Shown here one piece after another: positions 7,348 through 16,226 of a DNA stretch of 64,000 bases (positions are counted from its first letter, which is position 1; every line of letters starts with the position of its first letter). The notes beneath the pieces were generated by a model, which did no database searches, was not told where the DNA came from, and saw only the letters and a list, made by a program, of their open reading frames with translations. This DNA comes from a virus. Location: positions 1-64,000 of IMG/VR virus record IMGVR_UViG_3300033143_001281. One strand, written 5' to 3'. The position numbers were made by a program, and so were the translations under genes.

Positions 7348-7653
7348 ATGCCACAGGACAAGGAAAAGGATGATATATTAGATCAGATAGAACAAATGCA
7401 GTTAGATGCAATAATACTTGAGCAGGCATATGAGAATGCTTGGTTAGTACTTTCGGGACAGATAACATTTGATGAACTTATGGGGAATCAGTTTGAGGTG
7501 GGCCGAGAACTAATAATGCCATATGATCCTGAAAGTGGGCCGAGTGAAGATGACATTCAAAATATGATTAGTTTTTTCATAGACACTGAAGAATACGAGA
7601 GGTGTGCTAAATTACAGACAATATTAGCATCCTTTCCTCAAATATCGGAATAA
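7348..7653 (+). CDS. hypothetical acidic protein with C-terminal UVR-like motif
   Basis: EEYERCAKL motif; first gene of the plus-strand block. Confidence 0.65.
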   Translation: MPQDKEKDDILDQIEQMQLDAIILEQAYENAWLVLSGQITFDELMGNQFEVGRELIMPYDPESGPSEDDIQNMISFFIDTEEYERCAKLQTILASFPQISE

Positions 7654-7654
7654 A

Positions 7655-7861
7655 ATGGCACTTAAGAAGACAAGTAAAAAGAAAAGCACCGTAAATAGCA
7701 GTGGTAATTACACAAAACCAACGCTTCGTAAAAGATTGTTTAATTCAATTAAAGCTGGAAGCAAAGGTGGAAGACCGGGACAATGGTCAGCACGTAAAGC
7801 TCAAATGTTAGCTAAAAAGTATAAAGCTGCTGGTGGAGGTTATAAAGGAAAGAAAAAGTAA
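7655..7861 (+). CDS. Lys-rich small protein (DUF5872-like, N-terminal half)
   Basis: NYTKPTLRKRL...KGGRPGQWSARKAQMLAKKYKAAGGGY motif. Confidence 0.75.
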   Translation: MALKKTSKKKSTVNSSGNYTKPTLRKRLFNSIKAGSKGGRPGQWSARKAQMLAKKYKAAGGGYKGKKK

Positions 7862-8040
7862 TGCGTAAAAATCTTATATTAATATTATTGATATTTACAT
7901 TAACATTTAGTTGTGGTGCTTCTAAGCCCTCATGGGAAAGAAAAGATAGAACCCAAGTAACTCAAAATGATCATGCAATATTAGGAGTATTATTATCAGG
8001 ATTAATAATATTTACATTACATACTTTTACAACAAGATAA
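7861..8040 (+). CDS. small lipoprotein with C-terminal transmembrane helix (59 aa, not in ORF track)
   Basis: MRKNLILILLIFTLTFS-C...AILGVLLSGLIIFTL; TAATG overlaps with both neighbours. Confidence 0.7.
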   Translation: MRKNLILILLIFTLTFSCGASKPSWERKDRTQVTQNDHAILGVLLSGLIIFTLHTFTTR

Positions 8041-8333
8041 TGGCAAAGACAAAACAACAAAAGAGTCTAGATAGATGGACAAAACAAAAGTGGAGAACTC
8101 CTTCAGGCAAGAAAAGCTCTGAGACAGGAGAAGTATATGCACCATCTAAAACTATATCTAAACTTAAGAGTACCAAAGGAGGTAGAAAAAAATTAGCTTC
8201 GGCAAACGCAAAGAAAAGAGCTGCTACCAAAGCAGGTAAACAACATGCTAGTCATGGATTGCACAAGGGTAAGAATAGAACTGGAGCAAAAAAAACTACT
8301 CGTAAAAGAACAACAAAAAGAAAAAAGAAATAA
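8040..8333 (+). CDS. Lys-rich small protein (DUF5872-like, C-terminal half)
   Basis: QKSLDRWTKQKWRTPSGKKS...GEVYAP...KKRAATKAGKQ motif. Confidence 0.7.
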   Translation: MAKTKQQKSLDRWTKQKWRTPSGKKSSETGEVYAPSKTISKLKSTKGGRKKLASANAKKRAATKAGKQHASHGLHKGKNRTGAKKTTRKRTTKRKKK

Positions 8334-8334
8334 A

Positions 8335-9420
8335 ATGGGAAATATATTACAAGATATGATGGGTTTACTATCTAGAAAAAAGGTAGTAAAAAAAATAGAA
8401 GAAACCGATCTATTAGTTTTAGGTAGACAGCCTAATCCTGAAGACAGTATGTTTGTTACACCAAAGATGTCAAATGAACTTATATCTATAAAAGATCTAA
8501 GAGCATCATTTGATGAAGGAGAAGTAACAGGTGAAGGTACAACAGATTTTGTACTTAAATTTACTGACGGACCTAACGCAGTAGTAGGTGATTCATTTAT
8601 AAAATCTTACGTACATTTACCAGGCACAGGTAATGAAGAAAATAGAGTAGAAATAAATCCTACACCGGGACCAAACCCAAATGTATTAATAGTAAACACA
8701 GGAAGATTTACAACTGTACAAACAGATAGCATAGTAGCTTCAGACACTGGCTCTGTTACTCTGAATGGCAACGTTGCAATAGGTAACGCAAGTACAGATG
8801 AATTAACTATAAAGTCTACTACTAATATATTTGATGCACCTATAAAAGCTGGTCCTACACCTTTTGGTAATTTAGCGCCAGGAGCTGACTATCTTTTAGT
8901 TTCAAATGCTGGTAGTGGTTTAGAATGGAGAGCTCAAGTAGATATAGGTGGTACACTTCAAACAACTGGTACTATTCTACCACAGGTATCTGCAGGAATA
9001 TCAGGCTTTACTTATAATAGTCAGGGTGGGTTTTGGACAAGAATAGGTGATATTGTTCATGTATATTTACGTGTAAGTATTGGTACTTTTACAAAGACAG
9101 ATCCATCACAAGCTTTAGCTATTCAAGATGCATTTCCTTATGACATTGATGGTGGCAGATATTTTTTTAATGGTGATTTAATGGAATATGTAAATATCAG
9201 TGATGCAGGAACTGCTATTCCAGCATTATATATTGATAAACCTGTTACAACAGGTGCTAATTCACATCTAATTAAGTTTATACGTTCTGTAAATTATTCA
9301 CTTACACCATCAAATGAAATTACAACAAATGAAATGTCTACTGGTAGTTTTGTAGTTGCCTTAAGTTTTACATATAAGGCTTCAGGAGATACTTTAAGAC
9401 AAGGAGCAGCAATTGATTAA
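8335..9420 (+). CDS. virion fibre-like structural protein
   Basis: Start moved to ATG 8335, just after the upstream stop; Gly/Thr-rich beta segments and a C-terminal G.WTRIGDIVHV fibre-tip motif. Confidence 0.6.
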   Translation: MGNILQDMMGLLSRKKVVKKIEETDLLVLGRQPNPEDSMFVTPKMSNELISIKDLRASFDEGEVTGEGTTDFVLKFTDGPNAVVGDSFIKSYVHLPGTGNEENRVEINPTPGPNPNVLIVNTGRFTTVQTDSIVASDTGSVTLNGNVAIGNASTDELTIKSTTNIFDAPIKAGPTPFGNLAPGADYLLVSNAGSGLEWRAQVDIGGTLQTTGTILPQVSAGISGFTYNSQGGFWTRIGDIVHVYLRVSIGTFTKTDPSQALAIQDAFPYDIDGGRYFFNGDLMEYVNISDAGTAIPALYIDKPVTTGANSHLIKFIRSVNYSLTPSNEITTNEMSTGSFVVALSFTYKASGDTLRQGAAID

Positions 9421-9425
9421 TAATT

Positions 9426-9713
9426 ATGGCAAAGAAGAAAGATCCAAGATTAGCAAGAGCAGGTGTATCAGGTTATAATAAACCTAAGCGTACCCCAAAT
9501 CATAAAACTAAGTCTCATGTAGTGGTAGCTAAAGTAGGAGATAAAGTAAAGACCATACGTTTTGGTCAGCAAGGTGTAAAGGGTGCAGGTAAAAATCCTA
9601 AGTCAGCTAAAGATAAAGCTAGAAAAAAGTCATACTATGCAAGGCATAATGCACAAGATTCTAAACCGTCTAAGCTATCAGCAAGATATTGGTCTCACAA
9701 AGTTAAGTGGTAA
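9426..9713 (+). CDS. Lys-rich small phage protein
   Basis: KTIRFGQQG...ARKKSYYARH...KLSARYWS.KVKW motif recalled from aquatic phage proteins. Confidence 0.7.
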   Translation: MAKKKDPRLARAGVSGYNKPKRTPNHKTKSHVVVAKVGDKVKTIRFGQQGVKGAGKNPKSAKDKARKKSYYARHNAQDSKPSKLSARYWSHKVKW

Positions 9714-9716
9714 GAT

Positions 9717-9959
9717 ATGACAGAGTCAAGTATTAAAAAGTTAGGTTTTAAAAAGGTAAATGTAACAGCAGAAGAATCTGGTGATACACCTTTTTATTTT
9801 TATGCATATAAAATTGGCAATATAGAACTTATTTCTAATAGCCATGATAATCTACAAGATGGGTCATGGATGGTTGAAATACTTGAAGGAGATATACAAT
9901 TTAACAATATAGGAGACGTAAAAGAACTTATAAATATACTTCAACGTAATAAATTATAA
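9717..9959 (+). CDS. hypothetical protein
   Basis: 80-aa ORF in operon. Confidence 0.65.
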   Translation: MTESSIKKLGFKKVNVTAEESGDTPFYFYAYKIGNIELISNSHDNLQDGSWMVEILEGDIQFNNIGDVKELINILQRNKL

Positions 9960-9989
9960 TAAACTTTTTTTATTTAAACATTTTTTATA

Positions 9990-9997
9990 TATATTTG
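9990..9997 (+). promoter_or_regulatory. Bacteroidetes primary-sigma -7 element (TAnnTTTG)
   Basis: TATATTTG ~25 nt upstream of 10023. Confidence 0.55.
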
Positions 9998-10022
9998 TCA
10001 TTATTAACTTAAATTTATTAAA

Positions 10023-10322
10023 ATGGCAGATTTAAAAACCAATTCAGAACTATCTGATAAGAATCCTGAACTTTCAAAGGAAGAGTTAGCACAACGCAGA
10101 GAAGAAATCACTGCATTTTACAAGGATAATATTCCACATTTAACTGTTCAAGCTGAATATGAGGCATTACTTGCTGATATTGAGAAGTCAAGAGCAGAGC
10201 GCATGCAAGCACAAATGTTTATGGCACAACAATATGCTGCACAAAAACAGGCTGAACAACCATCAACACCTGAAGCTGAGGCCTTTAAAGAGGCAATGAA
10301 TGAAGCAGTAAAAGCAGAATAA
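10023..10322 (+). CDS. hypothetical coiled-coil protein
   Basis: 99-aa helical ORF. Confidence 0.7.
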   Translation: MADLKTNSELSDKNPELSKEELAQRREEITAFYKDNIPHLTVQAEYEALLADIEKSRAERMQAQMFMAQQYAAQKQAEQPSTPEAEAFKEAMNEAVKAE

Positions 10323-10323
10323 G

Positions 10324-11244
10324 ATGAGACTGTTAAAAAAAGGCACAACTGGTGCTGATGTTAGAACTCTTCAACAAAAACTTGGTATCAATGCTGATGG
10401 TATATTTGGACCAAATACAGAAAAACACGTTGAACGGTTTCAACTTGCACACAATCTGCCAGTAAATGGAATGGTAGATAACAATATGTGGTCTCTAATT
10501 TTAAATTTAGAGAATGTTGTAATAGAAGAAATAGATGAAGACACAGACATACAACTTCAGTATTTTAAAACTAATTTTGATCAAGTAATACACAAACATT
10601 ATTTACCAAAAGGTGAATATATTACAGGACCTATTAAAAATGAGTATGTATTTTTACATCATACAGCAGGTCATGCAAACCCATATAGATGTATTGATCA
10701 TTGGGGAAGAGATAGTAGAGGAAGAGTTGCTACAGAGTTTGTATTAGGTGGTATTGATCACAGAAATGGTAATGATGAACATGATGGGGTGATGGTTCAA
10801 GCTTTTCCTGAAGGTGCACAAGGTTGGCATTTAGGTAAAACTGGTTCCGGGTGGATGAACCGTCATTCTGTAGGAATAGAAATATGTTCTATGGGTTACT
10901 TAGATAATGATCACAGAACATACGTAAACTCAAAATGCCAGTCAGAACAAGTAATTCAATTAGCAGAACCTTTTAGAGGTAAAACTTATTGGCATAATTA
11001 TTCTGAACAGCAACTTAAAGCTCTTTACAAGTGGTTATTATTTATTGCTGAAAGAGATAATATTGATATACGTATTGGTTTAAAGCAATACATTCAAAAG
11101 TATGGACCAACAAAAGGTTTTGGCTTTCAAGAAGACGCATATCTAGGTAAAGTAAAAGGTTTATTAACACATACTAATGTAAGAAAAGGAAAAACGGATT
11201 GTTATCCTCATCCTGACTTAGTTGATATGATAATGAGTTTATGA
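10324..11244 (+). CDS. N-acetylmuramoyl-L-alanine amidase endolysin with N-terminal peptidoglycan-binding domain
   Basis: LKKG..GADVRTLQ..LGI.ADGIFGP.TE PG-binding motif; LHHTAG, WHLG, N..SVGIEIC, THTNV...KTDC Amidase_2 motifs. Confidence 0.9.
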   Translation: MRLLKKGTTGADVRTLQQKLGINADGIFGPNTEKHVERFQLAHNLPVNGMVDNNMWSLILNLENVVIEEIDEDTDIQLQYFKTNFDQVIHKHYLPKGEYITGPIKNEYVFLHHTAGHANPYRCIDHWGRDSRGRVATEFVLGGIDHRNGNDEHDGVMVQAFPEGAQGWHLGKTGSGWMNRHSVGIEICSMGYLDNDHRTYVNSKCQSEQVIQLAEPFRGKTYWHNYSEQQLKALYKWLLFIAERDNIDIRIGLKQYIQKYGPTKGFGFQEDAYLGKVKGLLTHTNVRKGKTDCYPHPDLVDMIMSL

Positions 11245-11245
11245 T

Positions 11246-11617
11246 ATGGCAATAGTTAATAAAGTAGATTTGAAGATGCAAGTTGATATAGATGTATCAA
11301 TAAAATATCAAATACTTACATATTGTTTTTTTAATGATATACTAATAAGTAATTCAGATTTAAAATTTTTAGCTGAGCTGTCAAAAAATTCTGGAATTGA
11401 GTTAACTAAATTTTGTGTAGCTCTAGTTGAAAAGGGGATATTTAAAAGCCCTCAATCAGCTAGAAATGCTATAACAAAAGCAGAAAAAAAGAAATTATTA
11501 AGTAAAAAAGGAAATAATAAAAAAACAATATCACTTAATAATGATCTCAATGTACAGATAAATGGATTTGTATTACTTGATTATAAAATTTTAGGTAGTG
11601 AATCCAAAGAGTCATAA
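11246..11617 (+). CDS. hypothetical protein, possible winged helix
   Basis: IFKSPQSARNAITKAEKKKLL. Confidence 0.6.
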   Translation: MAIVNKVDLKMQVDIDVSIKYQILTYCFFNDILISNSDLKFLAELSKNSGIELTKFCVALVEKGIFKSPQSARNAITKAEKKKLLSKKGNNKKTISLNNDLNVQINGFVLLDYKILGSESKES

Positions 11618-11954
11618 AGATTTTAAAGAAGGTATTGCTGATGAAGTAGGTGTACATCCATCAGTAGTTGAGGATTTTATAACTTTTTATTATGGTAAGT
11701 TAAGAAAAAAGTTATCAGCTTTAGAGTTTCCCAGAATAAATGTTGATGGGCTTGGTACATTTTATTTAAGAAAAAATAAACTAGAAAAGTCAATTAAAAA
11801 AAATAAAAGTGTTTTGGGTAATTTGGCAAAACGTACATACGTGGGTTTTGCAAAAAGTGAAGAGATCCAAAAAAATGTAACTATGATGGAGAATGCATTA
11901 AAACAAATGGAGCAAGATATATTAAATAAAAAGAAGTTTAGGAATGAAAAGTAA
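11598..11954 (+). CDS. IHF/HU-like DNA-binding protein
   Basis: IADEVGV....VE.FI...RINVDGLGTF signature. Confidence 0.7.
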   Translation: MNPKSHKDFKEGIADEVGVHPSVVEDFITFYYGKLRKKLSALEFPRINVDGLGTFYLRKNKLEKSIKKNKSVLGNLAKRTYVGFAKSEEIQKNVTMMENALKQMEQDILNKKKFRNEK

Positions 11955-12273
11955 ATGGAAAAAATATTTAGATATATTTAAAAATGCAGATAAGATTGCT
12001 GATGGAATTGCAAATTCACTGTTTAAAAAAGAACATGTTGAAGCTGCAGCAACAGAAAGATTTCAAATCTGTATAAATTGTAGTTTGTTTGATGCAAAAG
12101 GAACATCTTGTGTTGCACCTGGTACACAGCCTTGTTGTGGAGATTGTGGTTGTAGTTTATCTTTTAAGGTAAGATCACTATCATCAGAATGTCCAAAAGG
12201 CTATTGGGATGCTTTTACAAGCGAAGAGCAAGAAGATTTAATTAACAATCAAATAAATAAAAATGACAATTAA
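11944..12273 (+). CDS. Cys-rich zinc-binding protein
   Basis: RFQICINC...CGDCGC.L..KVR.LS.ECPKG.W. Confidence 0.7.
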   Translation: MKSKWKKYLDIFKNADKIADGIANSLFKKEHVEAAATERFQICINCSLFDAKGTSCVAPGTQPCCGDCGCSLSFKVRSLSSECPKGYWDAFTSEEQEDLINNQINKNDN

Positions 12274-12352
12274 TTATTATTGTAATGATACTATAACAAC
12301 AGTAGAAACTGATACAGCAGATAGCTGGTGGTATACTACTACAACACTATAA
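12263..12352 (+). CDS. possible 29-aa peptide
   Basis: MTINYYCNDTITTVETDTADSWWYTTTTL fills the gap and ends 2 nt before the next ATG. Confidence 0.3.
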   Translation: MTINYYCNDTITTVETDTADSWWYTTTTL

Positions 12353-12354
12353 CT

Positions 12355-13167
12355 ATGGCACTAAAATTTATAGAAGAAGGGCATGTATATGAAAGCACTG
12401 ATCAAGATAATATCAAATGGACTGGTGTAACATCCTTTATTGGTAAATTTAAACCTAAGTTTGATAGGGAAGGGCAAGCTAAAAAGTCATCAAAGAATAA
12501 AAGATCTAAATGGTATGGGATGACACCTAAAGAAATATTAGCGGCTTGGGACGGTGAAACAGAAAGAGCTATTAAGCTTGGTAATTTTTATCATAATCAA
12601 AGAGAAGCTGACATGCTAGATCTTGAAACAATTGGTAGACATGGTGTGGAAGTTCCCATCATTAAACCAGTTACTGATGAAGAAGGAATTAAAATTGCAC
12701 CAAATCAAAAATTAGAAGATGGTGTTTATCCAGAACATTTGGTGTATTTAAAATCAGTTGGTTTATGTGGTCAAGCAGATGTGGTTGAAGTAGTTAATGG
12801 TTATATAAACATCAATGATTATAAAACTAATAAAGAAATAAAAGATAAAGGATTTACTAATTGGGAAGGCATTACTAAGAAAATGTATAAGCCTATAAGT
12901 CATTTAGATGATTGTAATCTTAATCACTATAACTTACAGTTAAGTATTTATGCGTATATTATTAAAAAGCACAACCCTAAACTTAAGATAGGAAAGCTTA
13001 CTATACAACATGTAAAATTTAAACAAGTTGGTGAAGATTCTAATGGTTATCCAATAAATGAACATGTAAATGGAGAACCAGTTTTAGATGAGATAAAAAT
13101 TTATGAACTACCATATTTAAAAGATGAAGTAACATCTTTAATGATGTGGATTAAAGAAAATCAATAA
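12355..13167 (+). CDS. PD-(D/E)xK exonuclease
   Basis: Start moved to ATG 12355; GVT, G..YH, E, CGQAD, INDYKT, Y.LQLSIYAYI motifs. Confidence 0.85.
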   Translation: MALKFIEEGHVYESTDQDNIKWTGVTSFIGKFKPKFDREGQAKKSSKNKRSKWYGMTPKEILAAWDGETERAIKLGNFYHNQREADMLDLETIGRHGVEVPIIKPVTDEEGIKIAPNQKLEDGVYPEHLVYLKSVGLCGQADVVEVVNGYININDYKTNKEIKDKGFTNWEGITKKMYKPISHLDDCNLNHYNLQLSIYAYIIKKHNPKLKIGKLTIQHVKFKQVGEDSNGYPINEHVNGEPVLDEIKIYELPYLKDEVTSLMMWIKENQ

Positions 13168-13170
13168 AAT

Positions 13171-13689
13171 ATGATAGTAAGATTATTTGATGTACAAAAT
13201 AGTGAATTAATAGTAACTGAGCATTGTTATTCATTACCATTCTTAAAAAAAATAATGGATGAATATCCGGATACTCATATGTCTGTGTACAAATATTTAT
13301 TTTATATGACATGTCCTAATCCTGATTTAAATCCTTTTTTTAATTTACCTGAGCATGAAAAAGAAGATATAATAATAGAAGAGATTCAACTAGAAGAATC
13401 TACTGAAGATCCACCTATTAGATATGCTCTTGACATGTGCAAAAAATTATTTGAAACACCAACATATAGAGCATATGTAGGTATTAAATCTATGTTAGAT
13501 AGATTAGCAAAATATATGGAAACAACCGCTATTGAGCATGGAAGGGATGGTAATATCAATTCTATGGTAAATGCAGCAGCTAAGTTTGAACAAATACGTC
13601 AATCATACAAAGGTGCATTTACAGATATGAGGCAAGAACAAGACAGTTCAGTACGTGGTGGAGCAGGACTAGCCTATGATCAACTCTAA
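13171..13689 (+). CDS. conserved protein upstream of terminase, possible small terminase subunit
   Basis: Position before TerL, helical content, C-terminal VRGG. Confidence 0.5.
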   Translation: MIVRLFDVQNSELIVTEHCYSLPFLKKIMDEYPDTHMSVYKYLFYMTCPNPDLNPFFNLPEHEKEDIIIEEIQLEESTEDPPIRYALDMCKKLFETPTYRAYVGIKSMLDRLAKYMETTAIEHGRDGNINSMVNAAAKFEQIRQSYKGAFTDMRQEQDSSVRGGAGLAYDQL

Positions 13690-13754
13690 AAAAGAAACCC
13701 AATACATCTTTTGTTATTGGGATGAACCAATTAATAATTTAAAAAAAATCAACA

Positions 13755-14033
13755 ATGAAGAAACAAGTAGTAATACCAGTAGGAAAAAGATTACTGATAA
13801 AAAGAAAAGCAGCAGAGACTAAAACAGCATCAGGAATTATTATTCCTGAAATAGCCCAAAAAAAAGAATTTAAAGGATTAGTAGTTGGTGTAGGTGCTGA
13901 AGTTGAAGAAATTAATGTAGGTGATGAAGTTCAGTATGCAGAACATGCTATGCCAACTCCAATGAAACATGAAGGTGAAGAGCATTTACTTCTTCAAGCT
14001 GGTGATGTATTTGCCATCATAAGATATGAGTAG
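13755..14033 (+). CDS. groES: co-chaperonin GroES
   Basis: PVGKRLLIK..AAETKTASGIIIP..A...G.VVGVG...VGDEV.Y...GEEHLLL...DVFAI. Confidence 0.92.
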   Translation: MKKQVVIPVGKRLLIKRKAAETKTASGIIIPEIAQKKEFKGLVVGVGAEVEEINVGDEVQYAEHAMPTPMKHEGEEHLLLQAGDVFAIIRYE

Positions 14034-16215
14034 AGTAATACCTACATATGAAAATAATAAGTGGACAACAACTGAGTTTACCTCGGATAATGAATTCCGT
14101 GATTTTTTAGAGGGTATATTTAAAGAACCAGGTAAGTATGAATTTGATACAGTAGCTTGGTCATTTAATGATCAGGCTAAACAATTTACTAAGGAAGGTT
14201 ATTATTGTAACAAACCCTTTAGGTCAAAAGATTTTACAACATATTGGGAAGATCAAAAGAATAAATGCCGTCAAGGAGTAATATATAAAAGTAAAGACAA
14301 AACTTGGTATTTAACTAGAGATTATTACATGTGGTTAAACTTCTTACCAATATTTGACAAAGAAGAAAAAAAATATGGTTTTGCTAAAGTTAGAGATGCT
14401 CAATATCACATGGCATTATATGAATTGATTGCAGAATTAAATAATCAACATTCAGCTATACTTAAAAAAAGACAGATTGCTTCTTCATATTTTCATATGG
14501 GTAAAATAATAAACCAGTATTGGTTTGAAGAAGGATCAATATGTAAGATAGGGGCATCATTAAAAGATTATATTAATGATAAAGGATCTTGGAAATTTCT
14601 TGAAGAATATAAAACATTTTTAAATGAGCATACTGCATGGTATAGACCCAGTAATCCAGAAAAGGTTTTGTTATGGCAACAACAGATAGAAGTTAAAATA
14701 AACAACCGTAAAACATCAAGAGGATTAAAATCTAAAATACAAGGTGCATCTTTTGAAAAAAATGCAACAACAGGTGTTGGTGGTCCTTGTACATACTTTT
14801 TTCATGAAGAAGCAGGTATAGCACCAAAGATGATGCAGACTTATGAGTATCTTCGTCCTGCTATGTCTTCAGGTATGGTAACTACTGGTATGTTTATAGC
14901 GGCAGGTTCAGTGGGTGATTTAGAACAATGTAATCCTTTAAAGGATATGATTTTAAATCCAGGTGCAAATGATATATATGCCGTAGAAACAAATTTAATG
15001 GACGCTGATGGTACCATTGGTATGGCAGGCCTATTTATTCCTGAACAGTGGTCTATGCCACCTTATATTGACAAATTCGGTAACTCAGAGATAGAAGAAG
15101 CTGTTAAAGCAATAAACTTAGAAAGAGCACGTTGGAAATCTGAATTAACAGGTGAACAATACCAATTAAGAATATCTCAGAAACCATTAAATATTGCAGA
15201 GGCATTTGCATACAGAAAAGAATCAATATTTCCACAAGGTATTCTTAGCAAGCAATTGAAAAAAATTGAAGAAAAAAGTTATCCTTATGAGTTAATAGAA
15301 TTAGATAGAGATCAAACAGGTATAGTTGCAAAAAGAACAAGCAAGTTACCTATTAGTGAATTTCCTGTAAATAAAAAACAACAAGATAAAACAGGAAGTA
15401 TTGTTGTTTGGGAAAGACCTGTAGATAATCCTCAGTTTGGTGCTTACTATGGATCTATTGACCCTGTATCAGAAGGTAAAACTACAACATCAGATTCTTT
15501 ATGTAGTATATACATTTATAAAAATGCAACAGAAGTTACAAGAGATTTGGGTGCGGGTGATGTTGAACAATTTATTGAGAGAGATAAAATAGTAGCAGCA
15601 TGGTGTGGTAGATTTGATGATATAAACAAGACTCATGAGAGATTAGAAATGATCATTGAATGGTATAATGCTTGGACTATTGTAGAGAATAATATATCTC
15701 TTTTTATTCAGCATATGATAGCAAGAAAGAAACAAAGATATCTTGTACCAAAACAACAAATATTATTCTTAAAAGATCTTGGTTCAAATAGAACTGTATA
15801 TCAAGAATATGGTTGGAAGAATACAGGTACATTATTTAAAAGTCATTTGATATCATATGCAATAGAATTTTTAAGAGAAGTTATAGACGAAGAGACAGAT
15901 GAAAAAGGTGATGTAATGTCACAAACATTAGGTGTTGAAAGAATTCCTGATCAAATGCTTATAAAAGAAATGATGGCATATTATCCAGGATTAAACGTAG
16001 ATAGGCTTGTAACATTTGGTGCATTAGTTGCATTTGCTAAAATCCAACAATCAAATAGAGGGTATTCTAAAAGACGTGAATCAGAGGGTGATTCTTTGGT
16101 TAATTCAGAAAAAATAAGTAAATTAAAGTATAGCAGTCCATTTAAAAATATAGGGCGTAATAGAAGACTGGGTGGTTCTAAAATAAGAAGATCAGGGTTT
16201 AAAAATATTAAATAG
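14026..16215 (+). CDS. terL: terminase large subunit
   Basis: LKKRQIASSY Walker A variant, FFHEEAG Walker B, GSIDP nuclease motif, IVENN, NVDRL; precedes portal. Confidence 0.92.
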   Translation: MSRVIPTYENNKWTTTEFTSDNEFRDFLEGIFKEPGKYEFDTVAWSFNDQAKQFTKEGYYCNKPFRSKDFTTYWEDQKNKCRQGVIYKSKDKTWYLTRDYYMWLNFLPIFDKEEKKYGFAKVRDAQYHMALYELIAELNNQHSAILKKRQIASSYFHMGKIINQYWFEEGSICKIGASLKDYINDKGSWKFLEEYKTFLNEHTAWYRPSNPEKVLLWQQQIEVKINNRKTSRGLKSKIQGASFEKNATTGVGGPCTYFFHEEAGIAPKMMQTYEYLRPAMSSGMVTTGMFIAAGSVGDLEQCNPLKDMILNPGANDIYAVETNLMDADGTIGMAGLFIPEQWSMPPYIDKFGNSEIEEAVKAINLERARWKSELTGEQYQLRISQKPLNIAEAFAYRKESIFPQGILSKQLKKIEEKSYPYELIELDRDQTGIVAKRTSKLPISEFPVNKKQQDKTGSIVVWERPVDNPQFGAYYGSIDPVSEGKTTTSDSLCSIYIYKNATEVTRDLGAGDVEQFIERDKIVAAWCGRFDDINKTHERLEMIIEWYNAWTIVENNISLFIQHMIARKKQRYLVPKQQILFLKDLGSNRTVYQEYGWKNTGTLFKSHLISYAIEFLREVIDEETDEKGDVMSQTLGVERIPDQMLIKEMMAYYPGLNVDRLVTFGALVAFAKIQQSNRGYSKRRESEGDSLVNSEKISKLKYSSPFKNIGRNRRLGGSKIRRSGFKNIK

Positions 16216-16226
16216 ATAAAAATAGT

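Noticed and set aside
8245-8334. ORF-track N-terminal extensions (8245, also 12328 and 24255)
   Set aside because: They overlap upstream genes or leader hairpins; downstream ATGs at 8335, 12355 and 24291 have better A-rich contexts
13676-13822. 48-aa ORF MINSKKETQYIFCYWDEP... bridging 13171 and groES
   Set aside because: Nearly half overlaps groES out of frame; cannot be supported without homologs
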